Origin: Eledone cirrhosa
Taxonomy: Eukaryota
Direction of reading: 5' to 3'
Length of the DNA: 64,000 nucleotides
NCBI GenBank assembly: GCA_964016885.1
Contig: OZ024741.1
Coordinates: 95,356,001 to 95,420,000, forward strand
Position numbers and translations under genes: made by a program. The notes below the pieces were generated by a model. That model saw only the letters and a program-made list of their open reading frames with translations. It did no database searches and had not been told where the DNA came from. Below are positions 54,235 to 64,000 of this stretch, piece after piece; positions within the stretch are counted from its first letter, which is position 1, and each line of letters begins with the position of its first letter.

Positions 54235-54365
54235 TGACCTCAGATCGCTGAAGCTCACAGAGGATATGACAAAGGACCTTGATAAATGGAGAGATGCTGT
54301 GCAGAAGAGGATCCATCCCACCCTTGCTAGCAGGGAAAAAACGAATGTAAAATGATGATGATGTT
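54235..54365 (+). mobile_element. RTE 3' terminal fragment
   Basis: DLRSLKLTEDMTKDLDKWRDAV; tail as at 18540. Confidence 0.8.
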
Positions 54366-56075
54366 GATGTTGATAATTACTGTGAAGTTAATGTTCTGGT
54401 CTACTGACTTCATAGTGATGAGTCCAAACCTTGCTATAACCAAACATAGATCCCATTACTCTGCTTAATTCAGTCAAAACCAACTGTACCAAGTAGGTAC
54501 TAATCTTATTGTTGCAAAACTCTGGACTTTAAGATCCATCCCACTAATGCTTGACTAGAAGAAAAAAAAATGCCCGTAAAAAAAGATTGAGCTAGAGTGT
54601 GTGTGAGTGTGTCTTGGAGAGGTTTATTCAGTGTGTAATTTATCTTTTGTATCAGTTACTCCAGACACACTACTGCACCCCCCCCCCCCCCCCCCATTTT
54701 CCTCTCAACACTTGTATTTTAATTTTATGTAGATAAATTTTAGATTGTTTATGTCAGGTTTTCCGAATTACTTTTGTCTGTGTTTGAAGTTAAGGAAAGA
54801 ATGGATATATTTTATTAGAATTATTTAGCCGGAATAATCCATCATGAAATTGATTTTTGGTTTTTGTCATCTGAGATCAAAGCAAAAAGCAATATCACTG
54901 ATCAAAATTCATAAATTGCTTTTTAAAGCATGTCCTAGCATGTGGCTTCCTGGATAAAGATGTCGATGAGTTTTAGATAGATTTCACTTTATTATATGCA
55001 TTTCTCTTCTTCTTTTCTTCTTTCCTTCTTATTTATATTTATTTATTCCTATAGCAGCTAAAATGGAATGAGATACCATGAAATATAGATGCAGCTGAAG
55101 TAATTCATTTATAGTTCTTCTATATAGATTTTCTTACACAAAGTCTCCATCTTAATGAGTTAGTTAGTTCATAAATGAAAACTGGTTTGAAAAATTGCAG
55201 TAGTCTGCCATGGTTAAAAACAAAACAAAACATCAGAGCAACAGTTGCCATCAGCAAGCATATGGTAGAAGATATATTATATTTAGCTGCATTCATTTGG
55301 TCTTGTCCAGTGTAAATATACTTCAACACAACAACAACCAATGCTGCAATGATGCAGGAGTCTTATGATAGTGAGTACCCAAAATAATGGGTCTGTTTAA
55401 TGTTATATTCTTTTAACCTTTTGATAACCAAACTGCCAGAAACCACCTGTAGTTTTATAATACAAAGCTGTGTTTATTTTAAATTGTTTATATTTATCTA
55501 AAAACCTTCAAATGTAATTTTATGTAAGAACCTTTGTTAAGTTATAAATACCACATTAATAAATGAGAAAGTTAGTTATATTATTTGATCTCTCCAAATT
55601 CTTAATTATTTGACAATCATAGGTACTGTCTTTCATTAGAAATATAGCAACAAAAAGTGTCAATTCATCCCCTCCCCAACTCTCCAGTTTATTTATTAAT
55701 TTTTATTTACCAACACCTCTTAGCTTTCTCTTGTCATGTTTCACATTTCAAATCATGTAGGAACTCACCTCCCTGCCATATTTCTTCTTCTTTCTCTTTT
55801 TCTTTTTCTTTTTCTTTTTGGGGAGGGGGTGATAAGGCCAGAGTCCTCAGACATGTCTTCCAGAGGATCCTATCAGAAACAACCATCTCCAGTTGATCTG
55901 GCTGGAACCCCAAGTGAGACCAACTAAGCTCATAGAGCACAATATATTACATACAAACCCTTTTGTTACCAAACTAGACAGGAAACTATGTCAATTGAAT
56001 CAAACATAATATATTACATGTACCAAACTGCTTGAAGCTGCTCATGGTTTTAAGTTAGAAAACTATATTTTAAAG

Positions 56076-56189
56076 CAGACATGGTCAACCTTTTTTGAGC
56101 AGTGGGCTCATCATAAGGTGAGCCACACTACTAAAAATTTCAAGATAATTTTTAGATTAGGCAAATGGACAGCAGTTTGCCCATGACTG
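56076..56189. mobile_element. hAT-type MITE
   Basis: TIRs CAGACATGGTCAAC / GTTTGCCCATGACTG; 8-bp TSD TTTTAAAG, right copy split by a piggyBac MITE. Confidence 0.75.
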
Positions 56190-56195
56190 TTTTAA

Positions 56196-56404
56196 CTCTT
56201 TAGCATTTAAACTGGATATATCTGGCCAGAATTCTCTCACCACTTTCTGTTCAAATGGGTCATAATCGGCCGCTCATTCCTATGTTAAGATATTGTTCTC
56301 AAAATGAATAATATCAAAATCTTGAATTTTCAATATTATGTGAGATAAAGCCTTTTCTGTGAAAATACAATATTAAATATAGAGTAATGTGAATGCTAAA
56401 AAGG
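56196..56404. mobile_element. piggyBac-type MITE family 1
   Basis: TTAA TSD and TIRs. Confidence 0.85.
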
Positions 56405-56439
56405 TTAAAGTATTTATATTTATCAAAACACCTTCCCAT

Positions 56440-56592
56440 GCTTTCTAGCATAGCGTTACGGCCCTTGACATTCTGAGTTCAAATCCCGCCGAGGTTAACT
56501 TTGCCTTTCATCCTTAAGGGGTCCATAAAATAAAGTACCAGTAATGCACTGGGTAATTGCTGGCCTTGTGCCAAAAGTAGAAACAATTATAT
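56440..56592 (+). mobile_element. SINE family B (5'-truncated)
   Basis: GAGTTCAAATCCCGCCGAGGTTAACTTTGCCTTTCATCC.. Confidence 0.87.
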
Positions 56593-56973
56593 GTAAGAAT
56601 TTATATTTATTTAAACACCTTCCAGTTTATGTAAGAACTTTCATCATGTTATATTCCAATCACCAGCTTGGTAATGTGGAATTTAGTTATATCATTAAAT
56701 CCCTCTAAATTTTCAAAACTATTTGAAATAATAGGTAGAAATATATAGTAATGAAAGAAAGAGTTAATGATTCTGTCTTTAAGGATGAAAGGTAGAGTTT
56801 AACAAACTGTTGGGATTTCAGTAAGAAGAGGTGTGATAGTGGTGTGAATCAATTAGTACAAATATGGAAATATAAACTGTTCCCTCCCTCCTCCATCTCT
56901 CTCTATCTCTGCAAATAGGTGCTTCCATATAATGTGTTGATATGTGGACTGTGTGAGTGGACAGTCATGTAGT

Positions 56974-57005
<32 letters not shown>

Positions 57006-57224
57006 ATGAACTGCTGCTGTCAGGTGAAACTCATCTAGCTATCTGTCTGCCTGCCTGTGTGTCTGTCTATCTATCTATCATTGTGATTTATCTATCCACA
57101 CACACATACACATACATATATGATGGCTACACACATACACACATATTCATCATTAATACACATAGCTTTTTCTTCTCTTTCACTTTTCTACCTTCCATCC
57201 TGGCAAAGCTGCTCTTCACTTGCC

Positions 57225-57625
57225 ATACCTCCCCAGCCTCACCACCACTTCTACAACACACTCCCCTCTCCATATCCACCACCACTACCATTACTTTTAC
57301 AACATATTCCCCTCCCCATATCTACCACCACCACTTCTGCAACACACTCCCCTCTCTCTCCCACCACCACCACTACAGCACACTCCCTTCTCTCTCCCAC
57401 CACCACCACCACTACAACACACTCCCCTCTCTCTCCCACCACTACCGCTACAGCACACTCCCCTCCCAATATCTACCACCATCACCACTACTTCTACAAC
57501 ACACTCCCCTCTCTATATCCACCACCACCACCACCACATCACACTCCCCTCCCTATATCCACCACCACCACCACCACTACAACACACTCCCCTCTCTCCC
57601 ACCACAACTACAACACACTCCCCAT
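57225..57625. repeat. C/A-rich minisatellite (~30-bp unit CACCACCACTACAACACACTCCCCTCTCT)
   Basis: Repeated ACAACACACTCCCC motif; explains the His/Pro/Thr-rich ORFs. Confidence 0.9.
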
Positions 57626-58576
57626 CAACCAATACTGTCCTCTACTCCAAGCACCAAATAATCAATGCACTAGCCATCCTGGCAGTTTACTCTGCTAAAC
57701 CTGATTCTTGTTCTTACTGTTGTTGTTATTGTTGTAGTTGCTGCCGTTGATGTTGTTGTTATTGTTCTATTGTAGTTGTTGATATTGTTATTGTTCTATT
57801 GTAGTTGTTGATGTTATTATTGTTGTTACTGTTATTTGTTACTACTACTGTAATTGCTGTTGTGGTTACTGTTGTAGTTGTGGTCTTTACTAATGTAGCT
57901 ATTGTTATTGTTACTGTTGTAGTGGCCGTTGTTGCTTGGTCTCAGCTCATCCTTGATTGGACAGACCTAAGATTAAAAGCATTCCATCTGTGATCATCCT
58001 GTCTTTTCTTTTTGTTTTGTCTTTGGAATGACTACATGGTCTAATGTGTCCTTCTTTTCGTAAGAGAACAGGACATGATTTTGGGCTGATTTAGCTGCTG
58101 TTTCTAGCAGATCGAACGACCGCATAGAGGTTTCTAGTGGCTGTTATAATACAAAATAACAAAAATATTAAATTCAAAATTCCATACTTATCTTTTTAAG
58201 TAGTTTGTGTGTATGTGGTGAGATAGCAATAAAGATATAGTTTAGTGGTGGTGGTGGTGTAGGAGAATTATAGCATTATGGGGGGGGGGGGGTAGAGAAT
58301 GCAGTGATCTGGTTGTGCTATAGAGCTGCATTTAAAGTATTGGTATATGGTGGTGGTAGTGGTAGTGGTTTGGTGTATGGGAGAGGGTGTGGCAGTAGTT
58401 GTTATTGATGTTTAGCCCCAGGTCAGCCTTGATTAAGCAAACCTATAATGAAATGATGTTCCAGCTGTGACCATCCTGTCTTTTTGTATAACTATGATTA
58501 GTTTATAGAAAGGCAGTAGTATGGGTTGAGGTTGTTGGTAGTGGTGGTGTGTAGGAGCTTAGATGTGTAGTGTTAT

Positions 58577-58622
<46 letters not shown>

Positions 58623-59374
58623 CTCTTTCATTTTCTCACCAACCATCAATTCATGTTTATTACTTATGCTTTTTTAATGTTTGTTTTACCTGTAACTACC
58701 ACCGCCAGTAGTAGCAGCAGCAGCATCACTACCACCAACACTTCTACTGAGGTGCTGGGGGAGACACTGTCTAATTAGTTTCACCTGTAATGTGTGCCTG
58801 TAGTGAAGAACATTCAACCAGAGTTCCCAGAAACTCTTTGTGATGTAGATAGATAGATAGATAGATAGTATATATAAAGAGAGAGAGAGATAGTATTAGT
58901 CAGGTGTGTGTTCTGTATGTACCTGTGTTGGGAGAGTAATAGAGGTGTGACCTGGTGTATTCAGGGTGTCAACTAAAGGTTTAGTACCCAGAGGTGGTTG
59001 TTCACCTCAAGAGTTCTTCTAGAGGAGCAACATCAGCAGCAATATGGAGGGAGGAGGAGTTAGACTATTTTGTTATTGTAGCTATTTATCTACCTCCTTC
59101 CCCCCTCTCTCTTTCCTAAACATATTTTACAGAATTAATTTTCTCTTACCTGTCTTGTTTTTTTTTCTTCTTCAGATAGTTTTTCCACTGCTCTCTCTCT
59201 TTCTCTCTCTCACACACACACACACATGCACTCACATTCACACACACACACACATGCACTCACATTCACACACACACACACACACAATCAGCCACTCTTA
59301 CTTCTCCAGTCTTATCTTCCAATGTCTCTTTGTCTTTCTGTCACTCTCACCTTTAGCCACCCCTTCTCTCTCTC

Positions 59375-59419
<45 letters not shown>

Positions 59420-60254
59420 TGTGTGTGTGTGTATGTATGAGTGAGAGAGGGAGAGAGATAGCTATATAGATAGATCCCTCTTTGCCTGATATCATAATAG
59501 TTTTTCTTTTTCTCTCCCTAACTCTCACAACCTCTCCAGATATTTATTTTCCTTATAACTCCCACTCTCTGTTTCTCTGTTAATTTGTTTCTCATAGTAT
59601 TTCTCATGGTATCCTGTCTTTCTCCCTATACCATCTCTCCTTTTACAATCTTCTTTCCTATCTTTGAAAGACACTTCACACCTATCTCACTCTTTCTACT
59701 CCTGCTACCACTACCCTCTATATCCTAGCTTTTCATCTAAGATGTAACCCACCTCATTACCCGGCTTCTTTCTCTCTCTCTCTCTTCACTCCTCCTCCTT
59801 CTCTCTGTCCCCCTCCCTTCTCTCTCTCTCTCTCTCCTGCTCTGGCTCTATGCTACTGTCAACACATCAATTGTAATTAACATTTTTTTTATCATCCTAC
59901 ATCCACAACAAACACAAACACACTCCAGAGAATTTCTTTCATAAACCATACCTGGTAGTGGTGATGGTGGGAGACGGAAAGACGGGGTGGGGGTGTATAT
60001 AAAGTTTATTGAATCAATGTATAAACCAAGTGTTGCAGAGATGATAAAAGACTGAACACCCAGGTTTCTGCTAGGATGTGAACTCAGGTTGTTCAAGATA
60101 AAATCTCATGGAAACGGGTGGTGGTGGTGGTGGTGGTGGTGACAGTGGTAGTGGTGGTGACAGTGGTAGTGGTAGTAGTAGTAGTTGTTGTTCTTGTTAA
60201 GGATAAATTTCACAGAATTGGTGAGTAATGCTGGTGGTGGTGGTAGTAGTAGTT

Positions 60255-60870
60255 GTTATTGAACCTCAGGTCAGCCCTAATAGACGAGACCTATGACCAA
60301 AGGCATTCTATCTGTGACCATCCTGTCTTTTGCTCTTATACAGGGACTTGAAGGCTACACTATGCAAAGTGTCTTTTTTTCTAAAGCTGTGGAGTGTGAT
60401 TTGAGAGAGATCTGGCTGCTATTTCTAATAGAATAAGTGACCATGTAGAGGCTTCTTTGTGGGCTTATGGTGTTAGCCATGGTTAGTGATAGCAATAGCA
60501 GTGGTAGTAGTAAAGGTCCATGTTGATTAGTCAGTCCCAGGTCAGCAGACATATGATCAAAAACATTCCAGTTGTGACCATCCCAATGTATTATTTTTTT
60601 TAAAGGCTGTAGTGTATGAATTGGGAAATACTTAGCTACTATTTCTAGCAGGTTTAGCTATCATATGAACTCATATTAGCTGTTGTTTAACCCTGTTGGC
60701 TATGATCTAATATACAGGTATATAATCAAAGACATTCTAGCCATGACCTCACCATTTGTTTTTTGCTGTGATTTATCTAAGATTATATTATACAATGTGT
60801 CCTTCCATTTTTTTAAGGCAGAAGAATCTGATTTGGCTGCTATTTCTAGCATGTTGTGCAACCACTAACC
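60255..60870 (+). repeat. Three tandem copies of an unclassified interspersed repeat
   Basis: CCCAGGTCAG..ATGATCAAA..CATTCCAG.TGTGACCATCC..TTTGGCTGCTATTTCTAGCA; further copies near 5190, 25430, 57930 and 58405. Confidence 0.7.
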
Positions 60871-61372
60871 TGTCCCGTTAGTTTTTCTAAGAAGGTAAAG
60901 GAAGCATTGAACAAAATAGCTACCTCCATCCAAATCAGGATGGTAACATCATGCCTGAGGAACGAGTCCCATTAGATGGAATGGTTGATGTAACAATGCT
61001 TTCACCAACTCGTCCACGGTCGAAATATGCTGCGGAAATAAGGATGTATTGTCTGGCCTTACATGTTTCCTTCCCTGTTTTTTTTTTAATCCTTATGATA
61101 CCAAACTAGCTGAAACCACCTTTCGTTCTATGATACAAAGCAGTTTGTTTCAAAGTGTTTATATTTATCTAAAAACCTTCCACCATAACTTTATGTAAGA
61201 ACATTTGTTAAGCTATGTTCCAAACACCAGATAAATAATGAGAAAGTTATATGAAATCCCTCTAAATTCTTGATCATTTTCAAAGTTATTTGTAACTCAT
61301 AAGCAGTCTTTCATTCAAAATGTCGTAATGAAGGGGTTACTGAAATATAATAAAGTATTTTATGCTATAAAG

Positions 61373-61676
61373 CAGAGGTTCTTAAACTTTTTGAACCCCC
61401 CTCCCCCCTTATGGCCACGTAATACCCTCAGCGCGCCCCAACCCTATTTCCAGAGAGACCAGCCTATACACTAATTGGAAATAATATATAATATATACTA
61501 TGTATAAATAAATGTCATATTTTTTATTTTACTATATTCATATATGATATGTATCATTTGATATTTAATATACTATTATATCATCTCAACCGCTGCTGAC
61601 CTGGACTTTCTCAAGCCCCCCCCCCCCCCGGTTGCTGGTGAGGGTGGGGCAGTAGCACCCACTTTGAGAACCTTTG
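61373..61676. mobile_element. hAT (Charlie-like) MITE
   Basis: CTATAAAG|CAGAGGTTCTTAAA ... TTTGAGAACCTTTG|CTATAAAG: TIRs with a perfect 8-bp TSD. Confidence 0.9.
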
Positions 61677-61899
61677 CTATAAAGAAACAATACAAAAAGT
61701 TCAAAAGGGAAAACAAAAGTTTAATGTTATAAGAGTTATGGTCCAAGTCAATATACCTTGTTTTACCATTAAAACATTTAATCACTTTTTGTAAATATGT
61801 TACCATAATAAATTTCTGGGTAACGTATTTTCGAAATTCAAGATAGAAATTAAATATGAATTATTGGTATGATATATTTTCAAAATCTGAAATAATGAG

Positions 61900-62240
61900 T
61901 TCTGATTTAGGCACAAGGCCAGCAATTTTGGTGGGAGGGGAAAGTCGATTAAGCCATCCCCAGTACGTTACTGGTGCTTTATTTTATCGACCCCGTAAGG
62001 ATGAAAGGCAAAGCTAACCTCGGTATGATTTGAACTGAAAACATAAAGAGCCGTAACTATATGCCACTAAGCATGTTGTCCGGTGGTCTTCCAATACTGC
62101 CAATCCACTGCTGTTTAAATCTGAAATATTAATAATTGTTTCTACTTTTGGCACAAGGCCAGCAATTATCCCAGTGCATTACTGGTACTTTATTTTTTAG
62201 ACCCTATAAGGATGAAAGGCAAAGTTAACCCCGGCGGCAT
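61900..62240 (-). mobile_element. Two SINE family B copies
   Basis: GGCACAAGGCCAGCAATT..GGATGAAAGGCAAAG twice. Confidence 0.85.
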
Positions 62241-62243
62241 TAG

Positions 62244-62422
62244 TGGTGTGCTCATGCATGGAGATGTTTTTTTAAAAAATAGAGTGAAGACCCTTAGAGA
62301 CGAAAAAAGAAGTTGCCATAGGTTCGATTCCTTGTAGTGACCAATGAGAACTTCCTTTTCCATTTCAAAGAGTCTTCACCTTATTTAAAAAAATCTATTT
62401 TATAGCATCTCCACACACACCA
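62244..62422. repeat. Foldback element with a Pol III B-box in its loop
   Basis: TGGAGATG..TTTAAA..GTGAAGAC..GAAGTT / AACTTC..GTCTTCAC..TTTAAA..CATCTCCA around GGTTCGATTCC (62321-62331). Confidence 0.7.
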
Positions 62423-64000
62423 GTCTTTATATTAACATTATCCCATCAGCACTTCATAAAAGTCTCATAGATCGGCTATGTAAATACAATATTAATAATA
62501 ATTATTATTAAAATTTTCTAAATGTTAAAGCCATTTATGGAACAGCCTACAGCACCACCATGTATAATCACAATACCACCCACCAACATTGTTCTATTAC
62601 CCTCCCCCTCTTCCTCCCTTACTACTACTACTACTCTCATTTTCCTCCTCCTTTGATTTCAGTTATTGAACTTTTCCAAACACTGTACCTCAGCTCAGCA
62701 AAAAAAAAACAAAAAAAAACAGAAAAAAGACATTCTCTTTCTCATGTATTATTCCTCCCCACCTCTCTTTTCTCTATTTTAGCATTTCCACCTCTACTTA
62801 TTTATCCAATCTCCTTTTCTCCTACCTGTCATCTCTCTCTCTCTCTCCTCTATTCCAATCTTTCAATTTCTACTTAACCCAGTCCCTCTTCCTTCTTCCT
62901 GCTCTCTCTCTGTCTCTCCCCTCACTCCTTCCATTTTGCCCATTCCTTGACCCAAACATTTGAATGCATCCCATTTTTCCTCTTCACTCTTTTCTCCACT
63001 TCCCTTTTCTGTCCCCACCCCATCTCTCTCTCACACACACACACACACATTTTCTTTTTTCCCATCATTTCTTCACCCTTCACTCACCTGTAACCATTGC
63101 TGTCACCTGTGAGACTGAAACATTTTTTTTAGTTATCTTAGAGAAAGACAACAACAATAAAACAATCTTCTACCTTATCAACAACATCAGCAACAAAACA
63201 GTCTACTTTATCAATAAAACTAACAAAAACTGAAAAAACAGCACTCCTTTCAAAATAATGTGGAATGGTAGAACATTCCTTACCTACTTCCTCCCCATGA
63301 AGCTAGGACAGACACACACACCCACACAAACACACAAACAAGTATACACACACATCACTCCTACAAATATTCCTCTTTATTTTTTATTGCTTTATTGTTG
63401 TTATTTTTATTACTATTATTTTTGGTATTATTATTATTTGAGTCCATAGTGAAGATCCCCCCCACCCCTCCTTTTGGGTGGGAAGGGTAGGCAGTTTTCC
63501 TCCTCCAGCTGGTGGGCCTTAGCAAAAGAGGTTGTTTGGTGGATCAGGTTCAAAGGACTGAGGACAGCAACTTTTCTCTTCCACCAAGGCCAATCCCTGA
63601 TCAACTTGGAAAGGAAGGTGAGGGTGGAGAGAGAAGTGCCCCCCACCCACCCCCGTACATTTGCTGAAAAGTAGGAGTATATGGCAAGAATGGCCCATGT
63701 TCATCGGGATTTGAACTCAGAATGTAAAATGACATAACTATATGTTTTTGTGTAATAAACATCAACATAGTCTTGCTGTAAGTATTTTAAGGCAGTGATA
63801 TGATATTATTTATTAATTAACACTAGTATGTGTAAGGTAATAAGCAGGCCAAAAAAAAGCAGAGAGAATTAAAAGTTAAATAATGAAAGGAGAGGAGAGG
63901 GCAAACACTACACTCTTGACTGAGCTGTATATATCAGCTGCACCCCACAGACAAGATGGTGAAATCATTGCTGTAGAGAACAACCAGCAATGCACACTAC

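Noticed and set aside
56957-57750. His/Pro/Thr-rich ORFs
   Set aside because: Minisatellite open in all three frames, with no splice or domain evidence.
59140-59180. Minus-strand CAG|GTAAGA donor and plus-strand TTCTTCAG acceptor
   Set aside because: No partner site or credible reading frame was found, so an exon cannot be called.

Overview
Eukaryotic, AT-rich, repeat-saturated non-coding DNA, most likely a long intron or intergenic region of an octopus (coleoid cephalopod) genome. That assignment is inferred from kb-scale (TA)n arrays, octopus-type tRNA SINEs and RTE elements with (ATG)n tails. No host protein-coding exon could be supported, and almost all listed ORFs are microsatellite artefacts. 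The real coding remnants are all retrotransposon-derived: several RTE-clade LINEs (some with a PHD-type finger inside the RT region), two Penelope-like elements with GIY-YIG endonucleases, and one CR1-group LINE. Also present are two non-autonomous Helitrons, piggyBac-, hAT- and Tc1/mariner-type MITEs, and two abundant tRNA-SINE families. Three signals stand out. (i) At least four distinct type I hammerhead-ribozyme motif families, two physically tied to Penelope-like elements and several with non-canonical cores (CAGAAGA, an extra base after A9, a ~95-nt stem II). (ii) A consensus-matching candidate recursive splice site at 42252-42259 (branch point, pyrimidine tract, AG|GTAAGT, then a 39-nt cryptic exon). 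(iii) SINE/LINE modular sharing and multi-layer nested insertions. All structures and coordinates were derived by eye; repeat boundaries are approximate.
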